NCBI GenBank assembly: GCA_964196115.1
Contig: CAXMRQ010000082.1
Location: 1-57,465 of the forward strand
Source: an uncultured Gammaproteobacteria bacterium
GTDB lineage: Bacteria; Pseudomonadota; Gammaproteobacteria; GCA-001735895
Reading direction: 5' to 3'
Length of the DNA stretch: 57,465 nt
Shown here: positions 32,798 through 41,633 of the stretch, piece by piece
How the letters are laid out: the number at the start of each line of letters is the position of its first letter
How positions within the stretch are numbered: position 1 is the stretch's first letter
The notes under the pieces: generated by a model
The model's database searches: none
What the model saw: the letters and a program-made list of their open reading frames with translations, nothing else
Told to the model about the DNA's origin: nothing
Program-made: the position numbers and the translations under genes

Positions 32798-33836
32798 TTC
32801 TTGTCACACACTCGGTCTGGAATATAGCTGAACTTATCGCAGTCAAAAGACTCCCGGTATCGGCACGGGAACTTCCGGCGAGATCCAGGGCGGTGCCATG
32901 ATCTACTGATGTGCGGATGATTGGTAACCCGAGCGTGGTATTGATCGCACGGTGAAATCCTGCGTGTTTCAATACTGGTAGTCCCTGGTCGTGATACATT
33001 GCCAGAACCGCATCGGCATCGATCAAATTTTGTGGCGTGAATACAGTATCAGCCGGAAATGGGCCGCTGATATTCAGACCTTTTTGTTGCATAATTCCTA
33101 TAGCCGGGGATATTTGCTCGATCTCTTCGCGCCCCAGGTATCCATTCTCCCCTGCATGGGGGTTGAGACCGCAGACTTTTATATGTGGTCGCCGCAATCC
33201 GAATTTTAATTGCAGGTCATGGTTTAGAATATCGAGGATCTGAATAATCAATTCAGTGGTGATTGCTTCGGCTACCTGCCGTAGGGGTAAATGCGTGGTC
33301 GCGAGCGCGACTCTGAGTTTGTCTGCAGCCAATAACATGACCGGTTTGACGCCACCACAGATATCAGCTAAAAATTCGGTGTGACCACTAAATGCTATAC
33401 CTGCCTGGTTAATGATGTCCTTTTGCACCGGAGCGGTAACCATTGCATCGAATTCCTTCTCCAGACAACCGTTACAAGCGCGTTTTAATGTTTCAAGCAC
33501 ATAGCTGGCGTTCTCCTGATCCAGGATTCCGGCTTTACAGGGCGTTGCTAGCGGTATATGTAATATTTCAAGCTGAGCTTTTCCAGAGGACCTGGCCCCG
33601 GGCTGGTATTCGACAAAATTAAGGTCGGGATTTAATGCCTTGTTGCGTGACTCTATTAATTCACGATCCCCGATTATTATCAGTCTCGCGTTATAGCTAC
33701 AGGCATCAATAGCGGCAATAATATCTGGCCCGATGCCTGCCGGTTCGCCTGACGTTATTGCGATGCAGGGGCAAGGAGGCTGACCGAGAATAGGGGTCGT
33801 AGCGAGGGAAAGCTGGTTTGAGGTAGGTTTTTTCAT
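32781..33836 (-). CDS. pdxA: 4-hydroxythreonine-4-phosphate dehydrogenase; first 21 codons derive from a MITE
   Basis: GEPAGIGP, GHTEFLA, GLNPHAGE, MYHDQGL, RTSVDHGTA. Confidence 0.96.
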   Translation of the reverse strand: MKKPTSNQLSLATTPILGQPPCPCIAITSGEPAGIGPDIIAAIDACSYNARLIIIGDRELIESRNKALNPDLNFVEYQPGARSSGKAQLEILHIPLATPCKAGILDQENASYVLETLKRACNGCLEKEFDAMVTAPVQKDIINQAGIAFSGHTEFLADICGGVKPVMLLAADKLRVALATTHLPLRQVAEAITTELIIQILDILNHDLQLKFGLRRPHIKVCGLNPHAGENGYLGREEIEQISPAIGIMQQKGLNISGPFPADTVFTPQNLIDADAVLAMYHDQGLPVLKHAGFHRAINTTLGLPIIRTSVDHGTALDLAGSSRADTGSLLTAISSAIFQTECVTRNATSS

Positions 33837-33936
33837 TTTTGAGGCAAAAAGTTACTCATATTTAACGATAAAATGGAGAAATCTGCCCAAATCCAGCTTT
33901 TCCGCAGTAGACCTTCTATTCTTGGTCAGCCTCCTA
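33773..33936. mobile_element. MITE family 1, subfamily A, empty copy (164 bp, no GGA cassette)
   Basis: Ends AGGAGGCTGACCGAGAATAG / CTATTCTTGGTCAGCCTCCTA; colinear with 7271-7504 except for a clean 70-bp gap. Confidence 0.9.
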
Positions 33937-35217
33937 AGTCTTTGCATCAGCAAAAACTACGTAAGCTTCGTCCCTGAGGCGTCGCTTCCATATGTCATAG
34001 CTCTCACGTTGTTTTTGCCGTAATAGTTGCGACTCAATCTTTCGACGTTTACTTTCCTCGGTTTCATCGACGGTTCTGCGACCCGTTACCTCGACTATGT
34101 GCCAGCCAAACTGAGAGCGGAAAGGAAGGCTAATTTCACCCGATGCGAGATTTTTTGCGATTGCTTCGTATTCTGGTACTGTGGCGCCGGACTCCATCCA
34201 GCCGATGTCGCCCCCCTCGGCTCCGGAGCTGTAGTCGACCGAGTAAAGTCGCGCCACCTTACCAAAGTCTTCGCCGCCAAGAATTTGTGTGCGTAGTTCG
34301 TTAAGACGATTTTTAGCATCTTCTTCGGAAATTAGGTCGTTAGAACGAATTAATATATGGCGTGAGCGTGTTTGCTCTGTCAGTACTTGCTGAAAATTGC
34401 GCCGATCACTGAGTAATACGATATGAAATCCGCTGGCGCTTCGAATCGGACCGGCAGATTCCCCGGGCGCTATTTCGAGGATTGCCTTAGAAAACAGACC
34501 AGGCACTTCGGCTTTTTTACGCCATCCGAGATCGCCGCCTTGCAGTGCGTTCGAGCCTGCAGAATACTCATTTGCCAGTTTTGCAAATTGTTCCCCCTGT
34601 CGGAGACGACCGATTATCTGATTTGCGGTTTCGAGGGCTGTGTTCACCTGCTCCGGCGAAGCTGCGTCCGGCAGGGCAATTAAAATATGCGACAACTTGT
34701 ATTCATAATCAATGCTATCGTTGCCTGTTCGGCGCAAAAAATCGTCGACCTCGGCTTCGGTCACGGATGAACTTCGAGTCGAATATTGTTTACGCAAGGT
34801 ATCAATCGTCAATTCTTGGCGCAAGGTCTCGCGGTATACGCCATATTCGAAACCATTTTCTATTAATATCTGGCGAAATCCAGCCAGGCTCAGTTTGTTT
34901 TCGCGAGCAATCCTCTGCATTGCCTGATTCAACTGTCCATCGGTTATTTTTATACCACGGTCTTTCGCCTCCTGTAGCATTACCGAGTCGTTAATCATGA
35001 TTTCCAGCACCTGTCGATACAAAGCCTCCGCTGCAGGCAGGGTTTTGTTTGCCTTGGTGAAATCGTTACGAATCAATTTAACTCTGGCATCAATCTCGCG
35101 TTTTGAAATCACATCCTCATCGACTATTGCGACGATTGCATCGATTAGAACCTGCGCTGCTAATGTCAGTTGCATGCTGGAGGCTAAAATCAAAAATACT
35201 ATTAATTTACGAATCAT
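33934..35217 (-). CDS. surA: Periplasmic chaperone/PPIase SurA
   Basis: Signal peptide, SurA N domain, two parvulin domains (SHILI...GGDLGW; RHILI...GGDIGW); follows lptD. Confidence 0.95.
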   Translation of the reverse strand: MIRKLIVFLILASSMQLTLAAQVLIDAIVAIVDEDVISKREIDARVKLIRNDFTKANKTLPAAEALYRQVLEIMINDSVMLQEAKDRGIKITDGQLNQAMQRIARENKLSLAGFRQILIENGFEYGVYRETLRQELTIDTLRKQYSTRSSSVTEAEVDDFLRRTGNDSIDYEYKLSHILIALPDAASPEQVNTALETANQIIGRLRQGEQFAKLANEYSAGSNALQGGDLGWRKKAEVPGLFSKAILEIAPGESAGPIRSASGFHIVLLSDRRNFQQVLTEQTRSRHILIRSNDLISEEDAKNRLNELRTQILGGEDFGKVARLYSVDYSSGAEGGDIGWMESGATVPEYEAIAKNLASGEISLPFRSQFGWHIVEVTGRRTVDETEESKRRKIESQLLRQKQRESYDIWKRRLRDEAYVVFADAKT

Positions 35218-35246
35218 GATAATGAAGTATTGCGACCTGTATTTGT

Positions 35247-37466
35247 TTAAAATCGAGCCTGGTAACCAGAAATCGAATTCGTTAGTTTTGTATCGATGTC
35301 TTGACCAGCCTGGGTCAAACCTTTTAACGTCAATTCAAAATAAATTGCCCGATCAGTTTCAATAAAATTATTGTCGCTGGTTTGGCTGGCGAGTATTTTA
35401 AAGCCCCAGCAACAGGATTCATAGCTCAGGCCGAATAAATTTTCGACCGGTTTATCAAACAGTTCAGATTGATGATACTTGGCAACGATTGTCCAGCGCT
35501 CGTTCACAGGGTAGACCGCCGATAGTAGTGATTGTTCCAACACTTGATCGGTGAAAAAGTATTCGATATTAGCGGCGAATCCCTGGTTTTGGTAATTGAT
35601 GGAAAGATTTTTTTCCGACAGGTCTTTAGTTTGCTGCTGGCGCACCAGTTTCGAAGTTATTTTCCAGTTTGCGCTTGGCGTCATCGTCAATTGCACGATC
35701 AAATTCGATTTAGGATCAACTACTGTGGTGTTGTTGAGGCTCACCTGCCGATCCTGTCGAAAATGTATCTGTCCGACAGCCATATTGAGTAGTTCGGCTC
35801 CGCTAGCGGTGCTAATGATTCGAGAACCAATGCCCAATGTGAACTGGTCTGCGTCACCAATTCGATCAAATCCACTAAAACGATTAGTTTTAAAGAAATT
35901 GTCGTAGGACTCAGAAAGTAACCCGGTATCGAAATCGGGAATTATGCTTTGATCTTCAAACGGTGTATTCAGGTAAAACAAACGCGGTTCGAGGGTTTGT
36001 ATCCAGCCTTTACTAGCGCTAAAAATTCGCTCAAAATTCAGGCCACTATCGAGGCTGAAAGTCGGCACTGTGCGGGATATGGAATTGTCGTTTGGACTGT
36101 TATTGTCAAGCTCATACTGGCTGAGTGCGTATTGCAGTTTTGGTTTGAAAAAATACCAGCTAGTATTTTTTGACCAGGCTAGCGAAGGGGCTATATGCAG
36201 ACGAGAGCCGGTTACGCTGCCTTCACGCTCAAATTTAACCCATTCATTGCGCAGGTCAAATTGCAGGCCATTATCTAATGCACCGAACTGGCTGTTAATG
36301 GTGAGCCCGGGCAGGCGTTGATAGGGCTGACTGGATATGGCGATACTTTGGTCGATGGTTTGATAGTCCTGCCACGACAGGCGGCTTTGCCAGAATTCAT
36401 TGCTATGACTGATGGCTATGTGCCTCTCAAGGTAATCAATGTCATCGCCTTCAGAGCTGAGTGCAGCAAAATCGCTGAAATATAAATCATCAGAGACTTC
36501 CTGCAACAGCATATCGGCCTTTAGATTCAGAACCAAATCACCTTTATGCTGCCATTTTTTTAGCCATCGGCGGTCATCTGTTAGGTCGTCATCCAGATAA
36601 GATAGATCAAGCTGGCCTTGCTGATTGCTCAACAGGTAGCGGTGTTCACTATTCCACTGCAACCCTCGTTTGCTAAACCATGCCGGCTTAATCGTGGTAT
36701 CGATATTTTCCGCAATATTCCAGTAAAGCGGCACGGCCAGGCTGCTACCGAGTGCGTCAGAATAGCTGACTAACGGGGTTAACATTCCCGACATTCTTCG
36801 ATCATCGATTGGAAACATGATGTAAGGAAGATAGAAAAATGGAATATTGTGAAAATATAGCGTGGCATTTTTTGCGCTTCCGCGACCGCTGTTCTGATCA
36901 ATATTCAGCTCACTCGCTTTCAGGTGCCAGTCCCGATCATCCTGGTCGCAAGAAGTGTATAAAATATCCTGAAATCGACTACGCGAGTCGTCGATCTTAA
37001 TAATTTCCCCTGCACTACCACGTGCGTGCTGACCGGGTAGCTCAAATTCGGCCGAATTAAATCGCACCGATTGGGTTTTCTGGTTTAGACGTAGGGTCTC
37101 GGATCGGAGTCGGAAATTGGCATCCTCGAAAATAACCTGTCCGTTTGCCTGCAATTGTTCCGCCAGATTATCAATAATCAGTTCATCGGCTCTAATTTTT
37201 TGCCCGGCGCGAGCCAGTTCGACCTGCCCGCTAAATCGGACTAAATCGTTATCATCTCGACTCATTCGTGCAGCCTGTATCTCGGTTGCAGACTGGCTGG
37301 AGTCATGATTTTCAACATACACAAAACTGGGCGCGTGGCACAGGGCCCAATTTTCATCGGCTAAAATCTGCTCAAAAAACAGGCTCAGAAATAGACCCGT
37401 AACAATAAAAAGTCTTGGTGGTAGCAATTTGATTGAATTGTGAAAAATGAAACGATTTTGGCACAT
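35247..37466 (-). CDS. lptD: LPS assembly protein LptD
   Basis: OstA-like N domain, PLYWNIA, QTLEPRLFY, NRFSGFDRIGDA, YESCCW; start uncertain. Confidence 0.95.
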   Translation of the reverse strand: MCQNRFIFHNSIKLLPPRLFIVTGLFLSLFFEQILADENWALCHAPSFVYVENHDSSQSATEIQAARMSRDDNDLVRFSGQVELARAGQKIRADELIIDNLAEQLQANGQVIFEDANFRLRSETLRLNQKTQSVRFNSAEFELPGQHARGSAGEIIKIDDSRSRFQDILYTSCDQDDRDWHLKASELNIDQNSGRGSAKNATLYFHNIPFFYLPYIMFPIDDRRMSGMLTPLVSYSDALGSSLAVPLYWNIAENIDTTIKPAWFSKRGLQWNSEHRYLLSNQQGQLDLSYLDDDLTDDRRWLKKWQHKGDLVLNLKADMLLQEVSDDLYFSDFAALSSEGDDIDYLERHIAISHSNEFWQSRLSWQDYQTIDQSIAISSQPYQRLPGLTINSQFGALDNGLQFDLRNEWVKFEREGSVTGSRLHIAPSLAWSKNTSWYFFKPKLQYALSQYELDNNSPNDNSISRTVPTFSLDSGLNFERIFSASKGWIQTLEPRLFYLNTPFEDQSIIPDFDTGLLSESYDNFFKTNRFSGFDRIGDADQFTLGIGSRIISTASGAELLNMAVGQIHFRQDRQVSLNNTTVVDPKSNLIVQLTMTPSANWKITSKLVRQQQTKDLSEKNLSINYQNQGFAANIEYFFTDQVLEQSLLSAVYPVNERWTIVAKYHQSELFDKPVENLFGLSYESCCWGFKILASQTSDNNFIETDRAIYFELTLKGLTQAGQDIDTKLTNSISGYQARF

Positions 37467-37526
37467 TAAACCGTTTACAGCGAGTAACGAAATTGAATCA
37501 AATTATAGACCGGCAAATATTAATCG

Positions 37527-37581
37527 AGCCTGAACTTATCAGGCTTATTAATAATAAACCTGAACTTACGGATTCAGTTTA
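37527..37581. terminator. Two tandem hairpins downstream of the DUF3179 gene
   Basis: AGCCTGA-ACTTA-TCAGGCT (37527-37545) and a related hairpin; CCTGAACTTA repeated at 37529 and 37559. Confidence 0.35.
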
Positions 37582-37611
37582 TAGATATATCATTGAAGGA
37601 GTACTAGTGTG

Positions 37612-38574
37612 TCAATCGGCCTGGAATACGAGCGTGTCTGGGTGAAACGCAAACCAGGCGAACCAAAACCCCTGGATTCCGGCAATTTTGACGCCTTTGC
37701 TGTCTGATAAAGTGACTGACTGGTTAGCACCGTCCCAGTCGACGAAGACAGTGATACCATTAACGCTGTCTTTGAAACGGGATTGCGCATTTTTCTCCAG
37801 TTCGGCAAAGGGATATGCCTTAAATACACCGTTGAATTCGAGGCCAATCACCTGCTCCTTTGGATGGTAAGTTTCCGGCGCCCTGTTATTAACTGCAAAA
37901 TACAATTGTCGGGACTGTTCATAGCCCTGATAGGGATTTCGATCATAGTCGCGAGAATAACCGGTATCGGTGGATAATACTTTTGTCTTCGGATGCCGGG
38001 CTAACCAGTCACGCCAGGTTGTGTGACTAATCGGAATGGGATTCAGCTTTTCACCTAGCAATTTTCCGGCGACGGCTTCCCCCATAATTTGTGACCATAA
38101 CGACTCGGTTTTTTTGTCGTATAACAAAACATCGCTGTTATAGAGCAATCCTGAAACACCAAACTCGGTTATGTTACCAGCCACGTTGGAACGAAACGCG
38201 ACGCCTGTACCACAAAGAGGGCAGTAGGTAACAGCATACTTTTGACCGCTTATTTCATCATTGACGATTTCATGCCAGTTCAATATGGCTATCGGATACG
38301 CCCGTGCTATACCGTCTAGCTCAACACCAATCACTCGATCATTGGGCTGTAGATAGCTGGCGTCAACGGCGTTAAGCAGCTTCGGGTCGGAGAGCGCCGG
38401 TATACCATCTCTAGGAGGGCCTCCAGCCAAAATTTGATCGACTGGAATAGATGCGTTAGAAATATCGAAGCCATTTTTGGAGCCCGCTGAAGCGGTGAAA
38501 TAACTTGCCAGAAAGGCCAGAAATAGCGCCGATAAAATCAGGATTCTGTTTTCGTTGATCCAGTTAAACCTCAT
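37612..38574 (-). CDS. DUF3179 domain exported protein (CxxC)
   Basis: GGPPRDGIPAL, WHEIVND, TYCPLCGTG, FGVSGLLYNS, FWFAWFAFHPDT. Confidence 0.9.
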   Translation of the reverse strand: MRFNWINENRILILSALFLAFLASYFTASAGSKNGFDISNASIPVDQILAGGPPRDGIPALSDPKLLNAVDASYLQPNDRVIGVELDGIARAYPIAILNWHEIVNDEISGQKYAVTYCPLCGTGVAFRSNVAGNITEFGVSGLLYNSDVLLYDKKTESLWSQIMGEAVAGKLLGEKLNPIPISHTTWRDWLARHPKTKVLSTDTGYSRDYDRNPYQGYEQSRQLYFAVNNRAPETYHPKEQVIGLEFNGVFKAYPFAELEKNAQSRFKDSVNGITVFVDWDGANQSVTLSDSKGVKIAGIQGFWFAWFAFHPDTLVFQAD

Positions 38575-38685
38575 TTGTTACTCCGTGCGTTAAATTGATT
38601 AAATAACAGTGTTTTGAGTGAAAAAATACCAATTGATTCAATTTTTGTTGTACAAAATTCAGAGATTTCCAGCATTAACCGATTG

Positions 38686-38714
38686 TTGACTGTGCGAGTC
38701 AATCAAATTAGTCT
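38686..38714 (+). promoter_or_regulatory. sigma70 promoter of frmA-fghA with overlapping palindromic operator
   Basis: TTGACT-17 bp-TAGTCT; TTGACT-GTGCG-AGTCAA dyad overlaps the -35 box. Confidence 0.55.
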
Positions 38715-38756
38715 GCACGCCATAATTCGCTCGATAAAAACCTAAGAGGATCAACG

Positions 38757-39866
38757 ATGAAATGTAAAGCCGCTGTCGCCTGGGAATCAAAAAAACCCCT
38801 GCAAATTGAAGAAGTTGAAGTTGCAGGACCACGTGAAGGAGAAGTTTTACTGAAAGTCGTTGCGTCTGGGGTTTGCCATACCGATGCTTTCACTCTGTCG
38901 GGTAATGACCCTGAAGGTGCATTTCCTGCCATCCTGGGGCATGAAGGGGGTTGCGAGGTAGTCGAATGTGGAACTGGTGTGAAAGATTTAAAGCCGGGTG
39001 ATCATGTGATTCCACTCTATATACCTGAATGTGGTGAGTGCGAATATTGCCATTCAAAAAAATCAAACCTGTGTCAGTCTATAGCGGGTACCGTATGGAC
39101 CGGTTATATGCCGGACGGCACACGTCGATTCTCTCAAAACGGCAAGGATATCTATCACTACATGGGTTGTTCCACTTTTTCCGAATATACCGTGGTGCCT
39201 GAAATCGCGCTGGCAAAGATTAATCCAGCTGCACCACTAGAGAAGGTTTGTTTGCTCGGATGCGGTGTCACAACTGGCATCGGCGCGGTGATGAATACTG
39301 CGAAGGTCGAACCCGGTTCGACGGTTGCGGTATTCGGCCTCGGCGGTATTGGATTATCGGTGATACAGGGTGCGGTTATGGCAAAGGCTGGACGAATCCT
39401 GGCGGTTGATATCAATCCGGCAAAATGGGAGATTGCAAAATCGCTCGGTGCGACCGACTTTGTTAATCCGAAAGAAGTTGATGGTTCGCTAAGTGAATAT
39501 ATCCAGGAAATGACCAGTGGTGGTGTTGATTACTCATTCGAATGTATCGGTAATGTACACGTAATGCGTGATGCGCTCGAATGTACTCACATGGGTTGGG
39601 GTGTTTCCACTGTTATTGGCGTCGCCGGGGCCGGCGAAGAAATAAAAACACGACCTTTTAATCTGGTGGTTGGGCGTAAGTGGCAGGGTACCGCTTTTGG
39701 CGGTGTCAAAGGGCGAACCGAGTTACCGGGTTATGTAGACCGTTACATGAGTGGGGAAATTGAACTCGACAAAATGGTCACCCATACCATGCCATTGGAA
39801 GACATTAATCGCGCCTTTGATTTAATGCATAGTGGCGAAAGTATTCGTTCAGTGATCATTTATTAA
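38757..39866 (+). CDS. frmA: S-(hydroxymethyl)glutathione dehydrogenase / class III ADH
   Basis: [37 protein letters not shown]; RBS GAGGA. Confidence 0.96.
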   Translation: MKCKAAVAWESKKPLQIEEVEVAGPREGEVLLKVVASGVCHTDAFTLSGNDPEGAFPAILGHEGGCEVVECGTGVKDLKPGDHVIPLYIPECGECEYCHSKKSNLCQSIAGTVWTGYMPDGTRRFSQNGKDIYHYMGCSTFSEYTVVPEIALAKINPAAPLEKVCLLGCGVTTGIGAVMNTAKVEPGSTVAVFGLGGIGLSVIQGAVMAKAGRILAVDINPAKWEIAKSLGATDFVNPKEVDGSLSEYIQEMTSGGVDYSFECIGNVHVMRDALECTHMGWGVSTVIGVAGAGEEIKTRPFNLVVGRKWQGTAFGGVKGRTELPGYVDRYMSGEIELDKMVTHTMPLEDINRAFDLMHSGESIRSVIIY

Positions 39867-39878
39867 GGTATACAGCGC

Positions 39879-40715
39879 ATGAAAGAGATCGAAAGTGTCA
39901 AGGAAAGCGGCGGATACCTGAATCGTTATATTCATGACTCGAAGACCTGCCGTTGTGAAATGACATTTTCGGTTTATTTGCCGCCGCAGGCTGAAACCGA
40001 AAAAGTACCCGCTTTATACTGGCTTTCAGGGCTTACCTGTACCGATGACAATGCACGTACCAAGGCCGGCATGCAGCGCTTCGCTGCGAAGCATGGCATA
40101 GCCGTCGTATTTCCTGACACCAGCCCGCGCGGTGAACAGGTTGATGATAAACCTGATCGTTACGATCTGGGACAGGGCGCCGGGTTTTACGTTAACGCGA
40201 CGCAGCAACCCTGGTCTGAGCACTATCAAATGTACGATTATGTCGTTACTGAGTTGCCCGAGGTGATCGAACAAAATCTTCCTTTAATGCCGGGTGTTAA
40301 GTCCATCAGCGGCCATTCTATGGGTGGGCACGGGGCTTTAATTTGCGCGCTAAGAAATCCACGGATGTTCCGCTCGGTTTCTGCTTTTGCGCCGATTACT
40401 AATCCAGTCGCCTGCGGTTGGGGACAGGGCTGCTTCGATCTTTATCTGGGGAATAACAGGTCCGACTGGCAAGCTTACGATGCTACCTGCCTGATTGAGA
40501 ACGGGGCCAGGGTAGCGGATATCCTGATCGATCAGGGTGATGGTGATGAATTCTTACATGAAGGCCAGTTACAGCCGGATAATCTGCAGGCGGCCTGCGA
40601 AGCGCAGGGCCAACCCTGTACCATCCGCATGCAGCCAGGCTACGATCATAGCTATCATTTTATCGCCAGTTTCATCGACGCGCATTTTGACTACCACGCC
40701 AAATACCTGAAATAG
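39879..40715 (+). CDS. fghA: S-formylglutathione hydrolase
   Basis: WLSGLTC, PDTSPRG, GHSMGGHGA, GYDHSY. Confidence 0.96.
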   Translation: MKEIESVKESGGYLNRYIHDSKTCRCEMTFSVYLPPQAETEKVPALYWLSGLTCTDDNARTKAGMQRFAAKHGIAVVFPDTSPRGEQVDDKPDRYDLGQGAGFYVNATQQPWSEHYQMYDYVVTELPEVIEQNLPLMPGVKSISGHSMGGHGALICALRNPRMFRSVSAFAPITNPVACGWGQGCFDLYLGNNRSDWQAYDATCLIENGARVADILIDQGDGDEFLHEGQLQPDNLQAACEAQGQPCTIRMQPGYDHSYHFIASFIDAHFDYHAKYLK

Positions 40716-40716
40716 C

Positions 40717-40977
40717 CAGGAGTCTGTCGGACTTAGGTGGTCGTCACGATATGTACAGGATGTACGGTAGTAGAACACCAACAGTAGGCGCTTTTAGGCG
40801 CCAACAGTAGGTGCCCTTAGGCAATGCAGGAGCAATTGTCGAGGGAAAGACCGGTTTGAGTCAGATTTTGAGTTCTTTTAAGGAAAATAGTAGTTCTATT
40901 TGACGAAAAAGAACTCAAAATATGGCCAAATCCGGCTTTTCCGCAGCAGACCACAGCCTAAGTCCGACAGGCTCCTA
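40717..40977. mobile_element. MITE family 1, subfamily B, copy carrying the 93-bp GGA cassette
   Basis: 23-bp inverted repeat with 2 mismatches (GCCAGGAGTCTGTCGGACTTAGG / CCTAAGTCCGACAGGCTCCTAGC); same internal architecture as subfamily A. Confidence 0.88.
40776..40821 (+). repeat. Two tandem 23-bp micro-units
   Basis: CACCAACAGTAGGCGCTTTTAGG then CGCCAACAGTAGGTGCCCTTAGG; single copies at 7330-7352 and 23999-24021. Confidence 0.9.
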
Positions 40978-40982
40978 GCCTC

Positions 40983-41549
40983 CTATGCCGCTGTTTTGTG
41001 GCGATTTTCGGCACCATTGACAAAATCAGCCGACTGTCGCATTGCCGGGAAATCGAGCGGCCTGGCTGCTGTCTTCCACCACAAAGGATTGGTCTGCTGG
41101 GTAATTAACTGATCGTGATCGTGAAAAGCGTAGCGCTGTTTTTGCTGTTTTAAAAAGCCCCAGGAGCTGGCTTTCGGGCCATGTATGAAAAGCGTCCAGA
41201 CCTCTATGTTGTCGATCAAATTGATGCGGTGGAATATGTTGCCGTTGATCCAGTTGAAACGCCCGCTACGCACCATTCGTGTTTGTAGCGTATTGTTATG
41301 AGTCGAATCTGCCATTCGTATTTCTTCATATTTTCCACTTAAGATTAAAGAAAAAGCCGACTTCCAGGGATGGTTGTGTAGACCACGCCCCGGATCGCTG
41401 GCAACAAAACGATGTAGATAAACCTGATAGTTAAAAGGTAATTTTAACAGGTGATATCGCTCTAGATAGGGTCGTTGATCCACCCCGTTAATAATGCGAC
41501 AGCGGCAGTATGAACTAATTTTATACAATATTTGACCGATTATAGACAT
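40983..41549 (-). CDS. Uncharacterised cupin-fold (DSBH) putative metalloprotein, 188 aa
   Basis: PYLERY, YLHRFVASDPGRGLHNHPW, ILSGKYEE, FHRI, WTLFIHG, WGF; RBS GAGGA before ATG 41549 (the longer ORF-track start overlaps the WYL gene). Confidence 0.75.
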   Translation of the reverse strand: MSIIGQILYKISSYCRCRIINGVDQRPYLERYHLLKLPFNYQVYLHRFVASDPGRGLHNHPWKSAFSLILSGKYEEIRMADSTHNNTLQTRMVRSGRFNWINGNIFHRINLIDNIEVWTLFIHGPKASSWGFLKQQKQRYAFHDHDQLITQQTNPLWWKTAARPLDFPAMRQSADFVNGAENRHKTAA

Positions 41550-41597
41550 CGTGATTCCTCTGCATTGTTGATAGCTGCTATTATCCGCCTGCGAGTG

Positions 41598-41612
41598 GCT
41601 CATAAGATGAGC
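41598..41612. promoter_or_regulatory. Palindromic operator between the WYL and cupin genes
   Basis: GCTCAT-AAG-ATGAGC; on the minus strand it is followed after 12 bp by GATAAT (-10-like) towards the cupin gene. Confidence 0.65.
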
Positions 41613-41633
41613 TATAGAGAAATAATTTGAATA

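Noticed and set aside
37529-37568. GAACTT twice near lptD as a sigmaE promoter
   Set aside because: Wrong strand for lptD; better explained as two hairpins
37612-38574. Possible selenoprotein (DUF3179)
   Set aside because: Motif is CPLC with no in-frame TGA
40776-40821. Tandem 23-bp units as a possible CRISPR array
   Set aside because: Only two adjacent units, no spacers, no cas genes
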